A stretch of DNA of 64,000 nt from Candidatus Aminicenantes bacterium (GCA_963754085.1 CAVWFA010000016.1:451213-515212); one strand, 5' to 3'; shown: positions 17,611-26,284, counted from the stretch's first letter. Numbers and translations: made by a program. The notes: generated by a model from the letters alone, not told the origin.

Positions 17611-20274
17611 TTAGTCGCGCAAGTCAAACCGGAGTACGCGTTTTTCGCGGCCCGTCCGGGCCGCGGCGGTCCGGACGGCCAGGCTCCGTCCGTCCGTCCT
17701 GACCTCGATCGCGCCGTCGAGGTCCGTCCGGGCGACCGACGCTCCGGCGAGGCGGCAGCGCTCGAGGAAGGCCGGGCTGGGGAAGCCGTAGGTATTGCCT
17801 TCGCCGGCCGACACCAGGACGAGCCGGGGCCGGACGGCGGCCAGGAAGTCCGCCGACGTCGACGCGGCGCTGCCGTGATGACCGGCCTGGAGCACGTCGC
17901 AGCGGAGATCGAGGCCGGACGCGAGCAGGGCCCGCTCCGTCTCCGGGCCCGCGTCGCCCATGAACAGGACCGAAGCTTCGCCGATCGTCAGCCGGATCAC
18001 GAGCGAACGCTCGTTGGACGCCGCGGCCGGGGCGATGTCTTCCGCGGCGGGCGGCGGGTGGAGGATCTCGACCGACACGGCTCCCACGGCAAAGCCTGTG
18101 CCGCGGCCGACCCGGCGCCGGGCGGTCCGCGGCTTCAGCGCCCGCAGGAGCTCGCCGTAGGTCCCCAGGCGCGGCGCCGGCGTCCCCTCCGAGAATTCGC
18201 CGATGGCGAAGTTCCGGGCCGCGGCGACGAGGCCGTCGAGGTGGTCGGGGTGGGCATGGGTCAGGACCAGGCGATCGATCCGGCGGATGCCTTTGCGCCA
18301 CAGGACGGGCGAAACGACCTTCTCGCCGACGTCGAACGGGCTCCCGGCCAAACCGCCGCCGTCGATAAGCATGGTCTGCCGGCCGGGGAACTCGACCAGG
18401 ACGGACTCGCCCTGGCCGACGTCGATCATCGTGATCCGGAGGTCGGGCGAAGACCGGCGGAACGGGGCGACGATGAACAGGGCGGATAAAGCCAGGAAGG
18501 TCCCGAGAGCGGCGGGACGTTGGAGCCGGAAGCGGGGCCGGGCCAGGCCGAGACCCAGCGTCAGGTAGTAGGCCCAGAGGAGCCAGGCCGGCGGCGTCGG
18601 AACGCGGATGGACAGGAACGGGAACGCATCGAGCGAGTGGGAGACAAGGGCGAAGAGGCCGACGAGTCCGCGCAGCCCCGCGGCCGGCAGGGCGGCCGCG
18701 CCGGGAAAAACGGCGGCGAACGGAAGGAAGGCGTACCCCACGCCCATGATCAATCCGACGAGCGGGATGGCCGGGAAGTTCAGGAGAAGCGAGGAGAACG
18801 CGATCCGGTTGAAGTTCCGGGCGATGAGCGGGACCGCGCCCAGGGACGCGGCGACGGACATCCCGGCCAGCTCGGAGATCCTGAACGGCAGCCGCGGCAG
18901 CCGCCGGGCCAGAGGCGGCGTGAACAGGATGATGGTCAGCGTCGCGGCGTAGGTCAGCTGGAAGCCGATGTCGAAGAGGCTGGACGGATTGACCAGGAGC
19001 AGGGCGAAGGCGCTGGCCGCGATCGTGTTGAGGACGTGGACGTCCTTCCAGAGCAGGCGGCCGCCGAGAAAGGCCAGGGTCATCAGGGTGGCCCTGAGCA
19101 CGGACGGGCTGCCCTCGACGAGGACCGTGTAGAAGACGAGGAAGACGCCCAGGGCCAGGCTCGACGCCCGCCGGGACATGCGGACGAAGCGGAAGAGCGA
19201 GAAGAGGAGCAGGTTGATGATGGCGATGTGGCCGCCGGAGATGGCGAAAAGATGATAGAGGCCGGTCTGCTGGAGGTTCTCGACCGTCGGCTCGTCCAGG
19301 CGGCCGTCCTCGCCGAGGAGAAGGGCCTCGAGCACGGCCCCGGTGGGAGAGATGTCCAGACCGTCGGGAGCCGGAAAGCGCCGCTCGAGCTCGGTCTGGA
19401 TGCCGCGGCGGACGCGCGACACCCGGGCCCGGACCGAGCCGGCCGGCGCCGCGGACGTCCGCTCGACGAGCCGGGCGGTTTTCGTCGAGCCTCGGCGATG
19501 GATGCCGAGGGTCTGGAGGTATCTTCCGTAGGAGAAGGACCCGAAATTGCGGAACGAGCCGCCGGAGCCCAACCGGACCGAAGCCCGGACCGTATCGCCG
19601 GCCAGGAAGTCCAGGCGTGGCCTCACCCCCCGGCTGAACGGCACACCCAGGCGGAGCCGGCCGCGGACCGGTCTCGACGCGCCTCCCGCGGAGACGGTCC
19701 GGACATCGAGGAAGAGGACGTCACGGTCGGGCTCGCGGCCCGGCGACCGGTACAGGCGCCCGGTCACGTCGACATACCCGTCCGCCTGGAAGACGTGAAG
19801 GGGATTGGACCGGTAGTCGCGGTCATAGACGGAAAAGCGGGCGGCCCCCAGGGCGGCGACGGCGAAGACGGCCAGCAGGGCGGCCGTCCGGTCGGAACGG
19901 CGGGCGAAGAACGCCCACGCCGCGGCGATCAGGAGAAATGCGGCCGCGCCGGCCGGGGCGGGCGGAAGGAAGAACGCTTCGGACGCGGCGATGCCGAGGC
20001 CGAGCCCGGACGTCAGGAAAAGGAACGGATGGGGGCTGGTCCTTAGAACACGGACCCGCTCCCGGCGACGGCGCTCTGGCCTTCGAGGGCGTCGATCAGG
20101 AGGTGGCTGAGGATCCGCATCCCCAGAGGGATGGCCCTCTCGTCGGGATTGAAGCCCGGGCTGTGGAGCGGCGTCGCCGGCTGTCCCGGTCCCCGGACCC
20201 CCAGGAAGAAGTAGAAGCCGGGCGCCTTCCGGGCCAGGAAGGCGAAGTCCTCCGCGATCATCTGCGGCTTCCAC
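17611..20274 (-). CDS. comEC: DNA internalization competence protein ComEC/Rec2 (start uncertain)
   Basis: A polytopic membrane core is followed by a C-terminal metallo-beta-lactamase domain (LVLTHAHPDHLDGL, QAGHHGS). The GTG at 20274 would overlap the upstream gene by 232 nt, and no ATG/GTG/TTG lies between 20043 and the first TM helix. Confidence 0.75.
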   Translation of the reverse strand: MEAADDRGGLRLPGPEGARLLLLPGGPGTGTAGDAAPQPGLQSRREGHPSGDADPQPPPDRRPRRPERRRRERVRVLRTSPHPFLFLTSGLGLGIAASEAFFLPPAPAGAAAFLLIAAAWAFFARRSDRTAALLAVFAVAALGAARFSVYDRDYRSNPLHVFQADGYVDVTGRLYRSPGREPDRDVLFLDVRTVSAGGASRPVRGRLRLGVPFSRGVRPRLDFLAGDTVRASVRLGSGGSFRNFGSFSYGRYLQTLGIHRRGSTKTARLVERTSAAPAGSVRARVSRVRRGIQTELERRFPAPDGLDISPTGAVLEALLLGEDGRLDEPTVENLQQTGLYHLFAISGGHIAIINLLLFSLFRFVRMSRRASSLALGVFLVFYTVLVEGSPSVLRATLMTLAFLGGRLLWKDVHVLNTIAASAFALLLVNPSSLFDIGFQLTYAATLTIILFTPPLARRLPRLPFRISELAGMSVAASLGAVPLIARNFNRIAFSSLLLNFPAIPLVGLIMGVGYAFLPFAAVFPGAAALPAAGLRGLVGLFALVSHSLDAFPFLSIRVPTPPAWLLWAYYLTLGLGLARPRFRLQRPAALGTFLALSALFIVAPFRRSSPDLRITMIDVGQGESVLVEFPGRQTMLIDGGGLAGSPFDVGEKVVSPVLWRKGIRRIDRLVLTHAHPDHLDGLVAAARNFAIGEFSEGTPAPRLGTYGELLRALKPRTARRRVGRGTGFAVGAVSVEILHPPPAAEDIAPAAASNERSLVIRLTIGEASVLFMGDAGPETERALLASGLDLRCDVLQAGHHGSAASTSADFLAAVRPRLVLVSAGEGNTYGFPSPAFLERCRLAGASVARTDLDGAIEVRTDGRSLAVRTAAARTGREKRVLRFDLRD

Positions 20275-21353
20275 TCGACGACCTTGTCCTTCCCCAGGAG
20301 CCGGACGAGCGTGGGGGTCATGGCCGCGGCCAGCTCCGGATTATTAAAGACGGACGGATTGCCCGGTTTATACTCAAATTCGCAGCCCGCGCCGTAGATC
20401 TCGGTGATGTTCCTGACCACGCTCTCCATGAGCCCGCGGATCTTCTTCTGGTTCGCTTCGCTGAGCGTCCGGACCGTCCCCTCGAGGACGACCCGGTCGG
20501 CGATGATGTTGCGTCGGGTGCCGCCGGCGATGGTGCCGACGGTCAGGACGGCGGGATCGGTGGGGTCCGTGGCCCGGCTGACGACCGTCTGGAGGGCGGT
20601 GACGATCTCCGCGGCGATGACCACGGCGTCCACGCCCTCATGGGGCCGGGCGCCGTGGGCGCTGCGGCCCTTGACCGTGATGTTGAAGCTGTCGGCCGCC
20701 GCGGTCACGTTGCCGGCGGCGAAGAGGACCTGGCCGACGGGCTCCGGCCAGACATGGAAACCGAAAACGGCCGAGACGGGCGGGCTGTCGAGGGCGCCTT
20801 CGCGGACCATGAGCTCCGCGCCGCCCTCCTCGCCCTCCGGAGCGCCTTCCTCGGCCGGCTGGAACAGGAAGGTCACGCTCCCCTTGAGGCCGGTCTTGAG
20901 CGCGTTGAGGACCAGGGCCGTGCCCAGGACGACGGAGCTGTGGACGTCGTGGCCGCAGGCATGCATGACCCCGGGATTCAGGGATTTATAAGGAAGCCCG
21001 GTCGCTTCCTGGACGGGCAGGGCGTCCATGTCGGCCCGGACCGCGATGGCCGGACCGGGCTGGCCGCCCCGGAGCACGGCGACGACGCCGGTCCCGGCGA
21101 CGCCGGTGCGGACCTCGAAGCCGAGGGGCCGGAGCTTCGAGGCGATGAGGCGCGCCGTCTCGACCTCGCGGTTGCCGAGCTCGGGGTTCATGTGGATGAA
21201 GCGCCGGATCTTGACCACTTCGGCCCTGACCTTCTCGATCTCGGCGTCGATCTTCCGGCCCGTTTTCGGATCGACGGCCCGGGCCCCGGGCGGGGCGCCG
21301 GCCAGGGCGGCGAGGATCAGGACGGAGGCGATGCGGCGGGGCTTGAGGATCAT
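20043..21353 (-). CDS. M20D-family amidohydrolase (N-acyl-amino-acid/hippurate hydrolase-like) with signal peptide
   Basis: 436 aa with FIHMNPELGNRE, RADMDALP, HACGHDVH and GGTRRNIIAD. Confidence 0.85.
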   Translation of the reverse strand: MILKPRRIASVLILAALAGAPPGARAVDPKTGRKIDAEIEKVRAEVVKIRRFIHMNPELGNREVETARLIASKLRPLGFEVRTGVAGTGVVAVLRGGQPGPAIAVRADMDALPVQEATGLPYKSLNPGVMHACGHDVHSSVVLGTALVLNALKTGLKGSVTFLFQPAEEGAPEGEEGGAELMVREGALDSPPVSAVFGFHVWPEPVGQVLFAAGNVTAAADSFNITVKGRSAHGARPHEGVDAVVIAAEIVTALQTVVSRATDPTDPAVLTVGTIAGGTRRNIIADRVVLEGTVRTLSEANQKKIRGLMESVVRNITEIYGAGCEFEYKPGNPSVFNNPELAAAMTPTLVRLLGKDKVVEWKPQMIAEDFAFLARKAPGFYFFLGVRGPGQPATPLHSPGFNPDERAIPLGMRILSHLLIDALEGQSAVAGSGSVF

Positions 21354-21391
21354 GGCTTTACGGTTCCTGGGCAGTCTAGTGCGGCCGCGCC

Positions 21392-21433
21392 GGAAAGAAC
21401 AGGCCCCCGCCGCGCGGGTCGAACGGGGGCCTG
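21392..21433 (-). terminator. rho-independent terminator downstream of ytxH
   Basis: A 10-bp stem CAGGCCCCCG/CGGGGGCCTG with a 14-nt loop is followed on the minus strand by TTCTTTCC. Confidence 0.5.
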
Positions 21434-21463
21434 GAACGGAGGGGCGGGCGAAGGCCCGAGGGC

Positions 21464-21769
21464 CTATTTCTTTTCCTCGGCCTTCTGCAGGAGCTCCTCT
21501 CTCTTCTTCTCGATGAAATCGCGGATGGCGTCGACGCCTTCGCCGGTCTTCTCCTTGACCACCCGGATGCCCTTCTCGGCTTCCTTGGTGAGCTTCTCGT
21601 AGCCTTCCTTGGCCGCTTCACCGGTCTTGGCGGCCTGGTCCTTGATCTTCTTGCGCGTCTCCTGGCCGCTCGCGGGGGCGACCAGGATGCCGACGATGAA
21701 GCCGGCCGCGGCCCCGACCGCGAACGTCAGCAGGGAATCCCAGAAATGGCTGTCTTTCGTGTCACCCAT
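21464..21769 (-). CDS. YtxH domain protein
   Basis: 101 aa with one TM helix (LLTFAVGAAAGFIVGILVAPASG), then a Lys/Glu-rich helix. Confidence 0.7.
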   Translation of the reverse strand: MGDTKDSHFWDSLLTFAVGAAAGFIVGILVAPASGQETRKKIKDQAAKTGEAAKEGYEKLTKEAEKGIRVVKEKTGEGVDAIRDFIEKKREELLQKAEEKK

Positions 21770-22133
21770 CCTTCTTCTCCTTTCTTTTTTTCATCATGGT
21801 CAGGCCGACGCGGAGCAGCGGGAGGGCGAGGAGCGGCCAGTACTTCGCCGACGGCCGGATGACCCTGGTCGAGAGGAAAGACGTGGCCTCCGAGAGCCCG
21901 GAGACCGCCTTCTTCGACACGGCCAGGACCTGGCCGACGTTGTCCAGGCTGGCGTTGATCTTCGATTCGATCACCTGCAGCTCGTCGATCGCCCCCCGGG
22001 CTTTGACGATGGTCGTTTCGGCTTCGCGGGCCGTCTTGCGGAGCTGGTTCAGGAACAATGCCAGGAAGGTGCAGACGACCACGGCCGCCACGGTCAGAAT
22101 GATCCACAGGACCTGGTTCAGGGTCAGCATCAT
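21762..22133 (-). CDS. DUF948-like membrane-anchored coiled-coil protein
   Basis: 123 aa with an N-terminal TM helix and then a helical region. It pairs with a YtxH gene, as in the ytxG/ytxH arrangement. Confidence 0.6.
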   Translation of the reverse strand: MMLTLNQVLWIILTVAAVVVCTFLALFLNQLRKTAREAETTIVKARGAIDELQVIESKINASLDNVGQVLAVSKKAVSGLSEATSFLSTRVIRPSAKYWPLLALPLLRVGLTMMKKRKEKKDG

Positions 22134-22142
22134 GGTGTCTAT

Positions 22143-22171
22143 ACCCTAAGCCAATCGCCAAAGAATGTCAA
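22143..22171 (-). promoter_or_regulatory. putative sigma-70 promoter of the DUF948/ytxH operon
   Basis: Minus strand reads TTGACA-N17-TAGGGT. The -10 ends 9 nt before the ATG at 22133 and there is no SD sequence. Confidence 0.4.
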
Positions 22172-22195
22172 TTTCCTCTCGAAAGGTCGGGCCTC

Positions 22196-22412
22196 GGGGG
22201 ATGAGGGGCGGTCCCTCTGTTTCGCTCGGGGTATTCCTCTCGTCGGACGCTCACCGGCCCAGCGCGCCGGTTCGCTCCGTACCCGGGCTGCGCTCTCCCG
22301 ATCGGGGACATGTCCCTGAGGTGCGTGTCCCCGACCGGGAACCGTGCCCGCTCCGCCCTTCCACGGCCTTCTCGAGGAACACCCCGGCGCGATTGGACCG
22401 CCCTCATCCCCC
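22196..22412. repeat. 217-bp foldback (long imperfect inverted repeat) element
   Basis: Outer arms GGGGGATGAGGGGCGGTCC (22196-22214) and GGACCGCCCTCATCCCCC (22395-22412) are complementary apart from one bulged G. Nested pairs are CGCGCCGG/CCGGCGCG and CCCGATCGGGGACA/TGTCCCCGACCGGG. The element is centred on palindrome copy A. Confidence 0.6.
22304..22332. repeat. 29-nt GGGGACA...TGTCCCC palindromic repeat, copy A
   Basis: GGGGACATGTCCCTGAGGTGCGTGTCCCC. Confidence 0.7.
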
Positions 22413-22442
22413 GTCAGCCCCCTTGCCCATCGATATCGGGGC

Positions 22443-23021
22443 TTACCTCCAGAGCAGCTTGCGGGGGGAGGGGAGACCGTGGACTTTTTCGAGCCGGGCC
22501 AGAAGCTCCGGGAAGCGGGCTTCGTCGCGAGACTCGACCGCCGCTTCCCATTCGGCGAGGAGAGGATCTGCGACCAGGTCGTGGTCGCGGTGGAGGATGC
22601 GGTTGATGCCGCGCAGGGCCTGCCACTGGATGATCATCAGGACGGCCAGGAAGTAGAAGGCGATGTTCGGGCCCGGCAGGAGCATGGCCAGGCCCGAGAA
22701 GGGCAGAAGGACGGCCTCGCCGGCGAGGACGAGGATGTGGCGGGTCCGCTGCCGCTGCAGGAAGAAGAACAGCCTGGCCTTGGCGGACCGGCCGTCGCGA
22801 GACTCTGAATACAGGATCCGGAGCGGGCCGACGCCGGGCTGGGCGCCGTGCTCGAAGGCCTGTTCCTGCACGAGGATGCGGGGATTGAGGCTGGTGACCT
22901 TTTCTTTGGCCTTCTCCCAGATGGTCCGCGTCTTCGAGAAGTTCGCGGGCAGGGGACCGAGAGGCCCGGCCGAATAGAAGCGGCGGCGGTGACGGTAGTC
23001 GCGGACGAAAAAGAAATCCAT
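22443..23021 (-). CDS. hypothetical membrane protein
   Basis: 192 aa with two hydrophobic helices (ILVLAGEAVLLPFSGLAMLLPGPNIAFYFLAVLMIIQW). I do not recognise a family with confidence. Confidence 0.45.
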   Translation of the reverse strand: MDFFFVRDYRHRRRFYSAGPLGPLPANFSKTRTIWEKAKEKVTSLNPRILVQEQAFEHGAQPGVGPLRILYSESRDGRSAKARLFFFLQRQRTRHILVLAGEAVLLPFSGLAMLLPGPNIAFYFLAVLMIIQWQALRGINRILHRDHDLVADPLLAEWEAAVESRDEARFPELLARLEKVHGLPSPRKLLWR

Positions 23022-23330
23022 GGATCCTCACTCTACTATACGGCCCGGACGCGGCCGGGTTCTCCGTCATTCGACCGGCCCCGTTACGTCTCGGAGGCCG
23101 GCATCACCCTCCTGGGAAAGTTCGAAGACGCCGGGCCGTGCGCCGGACTCGGCGCCAAAACAACTCGCTCGGCTTGCGCTAAGCCTCGCTCAAACACGTT
23201 CTTGGCGGTTTCCAGGGAAACTGCCCTCGTCCGGCTCGCGGCCCGGCTGAACTTTTCCAATGTCGGGCTCAGCCGCCCTCCTCGCTGTTTAGGCCGGCCT
23301 CATTCGGGCGCAAGGTCCTTGCTGCGGGCC

Positions 23331-24320
23331 TTATCTTTTCTTGTGGAGAAGATAAAGGAAGAACGGGGCGCCGACGGCGGCGGTGATGACGCCGATGGGC
23401 AGCTCGGCCGGGAGGAGGTTGCGGGCGATGAGGTCGCAATAAAGAAGGAAGGTCCCGCCGGCGAGGGCCGAGGCGATGAAGAGCCGGCGGTGGCTCGGGC
23501 CGATGAGGATACGGACCCAGTGGGGGACGACCAGCCCGACGAAGCCGATGATCCCGCTCACGGCCACCGCGAGGGCGGCCAGCAGGGCCGACATGGCCAG
23601 GAACGCCAGGCGGACCCGCCGGACCGGGCTGCCGAGCGCCTGGGCCGTATCGTCGCCGAGGGCCAGGAGGTCCATGTCCCGGGCCAGCCAGACCGACGCC
23701 AGCAGGCACAGGACCACCCAGGGCGCGATCGTGGCGACCTGGCCCCATTCGGCCAGCTGAAAGCTGCCGAGGAGCCAGAAGACCGCCTGATCGTAGGAGT
23801 CCGAGCGCATGAAGAGAAAGAAGGACGTCAGGGCCGAGGCCAGGGCCCCGGCGGCGATGCCGGTCAGCAGGAGGGTTTCGACCTTGAACCCGCCGCGGCG
23901 GAGCGATAGGGCGTAGACGAACATCACGAGGCCCAGCCCGGAGGCGAACGCCAGCAGCCCGGGACCGCTGAAGCCGAAGGCGGCGGCCTGGAAGCCGAGG
24001 GCCGTCGCCAGGACGGCGCCCAGCGAGGCGCCCGACGAGACCCCGACCACGAAGGGATCGGCCATCGGATTGCGGAAGTAGCCTTGGAGAATGGCCCCGG
24101 ACAGAGCCAGCGCCGCCCCGACCAGGAAGGCCAGGACCGCCCGGGACAGGCGGAGGTCGACGATGATGGCCCAGCGGACGGGGTCGGGATGCCGGAAGAG
24201 GCGGGCCAGATCCCCGAGCGGCGTGCGGACGGGGCCCGTGAGCAGGGACAGAAGCAGGCCGGCCGCGCACAGGAGCACGGCCGCCGCCCAGAAGACCGTT
24301 CGCCCGGATCTGAGGCTCAC
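23331..24320 (-). CDS. FecCD-family ABC permease (iron-siderophore/cobalamin type)
   Basis: The GTG start (VSLRSGRTVFWAAAVLL) overlaps the binding-protein stop as GTGA. The sequence is polytopic, with LSGAILQGYFRNPMADPFVVGVSSGASLGAV and GFVGLVVPHWVR. The track ORF extends further upstream. Confidence 0.85.
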   Translation of the reverse strand: MSLRSGRTVFWAAAVLLCAAGLLLSLLTGPVRTPLGDLARLFRHPDPVRWAIIVDLRLSRAVLAFLVGAALALSGAILQGYFRNPMADPFVVGVSSGASLGAVLATALGFQAAAFGFSGPGLLAFASGLGLVMFVYALSLRRGGFKVETLLLTGIAAGALASALTSFFLFMRSDSYDQAVFWLLGSFQLAEWGQVATIAPWVVLCLLASVWLARDMDLLALGDDTAQALGSPVRRVRLAFLAMSALLAALAVAVSGIIGFVGLVVPHWVRILIGPSHRRLFIASALAGGTFLLYCDLIARNLLPAELPIGVITAAVGAPFFLYLLHKKR

Positions 24321-25393
24321 GCGGCTCCTCCGAATCTCTCGGGATGGACGAGCGCGGCCATGCGGACGAGGACGTCGACGAGCCGCGGCCCGAAGCGGCT
24401 GGCCGCGTTCTCGTCGATCTCGAAGATCCTCCCGGCCTTGACCGCTTTGACGCTCGAAAGCCCGGGCATCTTCACGAGCCGGTCCCGTCCGGCCACGAAG
24501 TCGGCGGTCGAACGGGCCAGGATGAAGATCACGTCCGGATCGTCCTCGATGATGGCCTCGCGCTTGTAGAGGACCCACTTCTTGGGCATGGCGGCGGCGA
24601 CGTTCAGGCCGCCGGCCCGGGCGATGAGATCGTCGACATAGCTCTCGCCGCCGCAGGTCCAGAGCCCCTGGCCGTAGAGGAGGACGAAGACGCTCGGCCT
24701 CGAGGGGAGCTCCCGCAGGGCCTCGTCGGCGGCCTGGAGCCTGCCGCGCAGGGCGCCGGCGAGCCCGGCCGCCCGGTCCTCCGTGCGCGTGATCCGGCCG
24801 ATCCTCTCGATGAGCGGGAAGAGGTCGTCGAGGCGCCGGCCGATGTCGAGAACGAACACGGGCAGGCCGAGCTTGCGGATGCGCTCGACGAGCCGCAGGG
24901 GATTGCCCCTGAACGCGATGACCAGGTCGGGGTCGAGCGAGCGGATGACCTCGACGTTCGGATCGACCAGGCCGCCGATCCTGGGAATGGCCTTCGCCTC
25001 GTCGGGCCAGTCGCAGAAGCGGGTCGCGCCGGCGACCCTCCCGCCGAGCCCGAGGGCGAAGAGGATCTCGGTGATGTTCGGGGCCATGGAGACGATCTTC
25101 CGCGGCGTCTCGGCCGGGAGCGGGAACGGATGGCCGAGATCGTCCTTGACGATCTGCGGGATCGTGTCAACTCCTGACGGGGTCGGGCTGGAAGCCCGGA
25201 GGGCGCGCGTATAGGGGACATGTACCCTTGGTACGTGTCCCCGGCCTTCCGGCATGCCTCCCGTCGCCGCCGGAGCCGACATCAGAAGCAGAGAAAGCGC
25301 TGCCAAGACGGGGGACACGTACCGGAGGGACATGTCCCCATAAGCGGACCTGCCTCCGGCCATTCGCAAACGTCTCTCCCCGCCAAGCTTCAT
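24317..25393 (-). CDS. ABC periplasmic binding protein, BtuF/FhuD-like (class III)
   Basis: The core reads RKIVSMAPNITEILFALGLGGRVAGATRFCDWP...DPDLVIAF. The ATG at 25393 overlaps the ATPase stop (ATGA). An alternative start at 25333 (MSLRYVSPVLAALSLLLMSAPAATG) gives a cleaner signal peptide. Confidence 0.8.
   Translation of the reverse strand: MKLGGERRLRMAGGRSAYGDMSLRYVSPVLAALSLLLMSAPAATGGMPEGRGHVPRVHVPYTRALRASSPTPSGVDTIPQIVKDDLGHPFPLPAETPRKIVSMAPNITEILFALGLGGRVAGATRFCDWPDEAKAIPRIGGLVDPNVEVIRSLDPDLVIAFRGNPLRLVERIRKLGLPVFVLDIGRRLDDLFPLIERIGRITRTEDRAAGLAGALRGRLQAADEALRELPSRPSVFVLLYGQGLWTCGGESYVDDLIARAGGLNVAAAMPKKWVLYKREAIIEDDPDVIFILARSTADFVAGRDRLVKMPGLSSVKAVKAGRIFEIDENAASRFGPRLVDVLVRMAALVHPERFGGAA
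25214..25242. repeat. 29-nt palindromic repeat, copy B
   Basis: GGGGACATGTACCCTTGGTACGTGTCCCC. It lies inside the 5' coding region of the binding-protein gene. Confidence 0.7.
25311..25339. repeat. 29-nt palindromic repeat, copy C (inverted relative to B)
   Basis: GGGGACACGTACCGGAGGGACATGTCCCC. Its reverse complement matches copy A at 25 of 29 positions and copy B at 26 of 29. It contains the alternative ATG at 25333. Confidence 0.7.
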
Positions 25394-26181
25394 CCCGAGG
25401 TCCCTTTGCCGGCCAGGGAGATCTCCGGCAGGCCCGTCCGGGCGTTCGCGCGGATGTCGACCTCGGCGCCGAAGACTCTTCGGATGGTGTCGGCCGTGAC
25501 AGTGGCGGCCGGATCTCCCTCGGCCGCTACAGCGCCGTCCTTCAGGAAGACGAGACGGCCGGCGAAGGCCGCGGCCAGGTTGATGTTGTGCTCGGCCGCG
25601 ACGACGGTCTTGCCCCGTCCGGTCTGGAGCGCCTTGAGGATGCCGTAGATCTCGGCCTGGTAGCTGATGTCGAGGTGGAGGCTGGGCTCGTCGAGGAGGA
25701 GCAGCGGCGTATCCTGGGCCAGGGCCCGGGCGATGAACGCCCGCTGGCGCTCGCCGCCGCTTAGCTGGGAGAGCTTCTTGCCGGCGACCGCCGCGGTCTC
25801 GGTCACGCGCAAGGCTTCTTCGACCGCGGCCCCGTCCTCGGCCGAAACGCTCTCCAAACGGCCCCGGCGGGCGAACCGGCCCATGAGCACGACCTCGCGG
25901 ACGGTGTATTCGAAGACGGGTTCGGCCAGCTGCGGGACGTAGGCGATCCGGGCCGCGACCCGGCGCGGCCCCATGCGGAAGACGTCCTCGCCGCCGCACC
26001 GGACCTCGCCCCGGACGTTCGTCAGGAGGTTCTGAACGGCCTTGAGGAGCGTGCTCTTGCCGGAGCCGTTCCGGCCGAGGATGGCGACGAACTCTCCGGC
26101 CTCGACGGCGAGCGAGATGCCGTGGATGACGTCGCCCGTCTCGTATCCCGCCGAGAGGTTCCTGACGTCGAGAATGCTCAT
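25390..26181 (-). CDS. ABC transporter ATP-binding protein (FecE/BtuD-like)
   Basis: 263 aa with Walker A GRNGSGKST, signature LSGGERQR and Walker B LLLLDEP. Confidence 0.9.
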   Translation of the reverse strand: MSILDVRNLSAGYETGDVIHGISLAVEAGEFVAILGRNGSGKSTLLKAVQNLLTNVRGEVRCGGEDVFRMGPRRVAARIAYVPQLAEPVFEYTVREVVLMGRFARRGRLESVSAEDGAAVEEALRVTETAAVAGKKLSQLSGGERQRAFIARALAQDTPLLLLDEPSLHLDISYQAEIYGILKALQTGRGKTVVAAEHNINLAAAFAGRLVFLKDGAVAAEGDPAATVTADTIRRVFGAEVDIRANARTGLPEISLAGKGTSG

Positions 26182-26284
26182 ATCCTTCCGTTCTGGCCCT
26201 CAGTATATCCGTTCATTGGGGGGAATTCCACGTCCGGGAAGCCAGTCTTCTCCCCGGGTTTTCCAGGATCACGGCGGGAGGACT

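Noticed and set aside
25214-25339. Whether the 29-nt palindromes form a CRISPR array.
   Set aside because: There are only two adjacent copies, in inverted rather than direct orientation, inside a coding region. The third copy is 3 kb away, and no cas genes are in the window.
24317-25999. A 560-aa ORF suggesting a much longer binding protein.
   Set aside because: The upstream 200 codons overlap the ABC ATPase gene in another frame and read as Arg/Gly/Pro shadow sequence. The real start is at 25393 or 25333.
26182-26284. A possible cobalamin or other riboswitch ahead of the BtuCDF-like importer.
   Set aside because: The gap is only about 100 nt and has no B12-box-like sequence or multi-stem architecture. 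The importer is more likely co-transcribed with the upstream selenoprotein gene.
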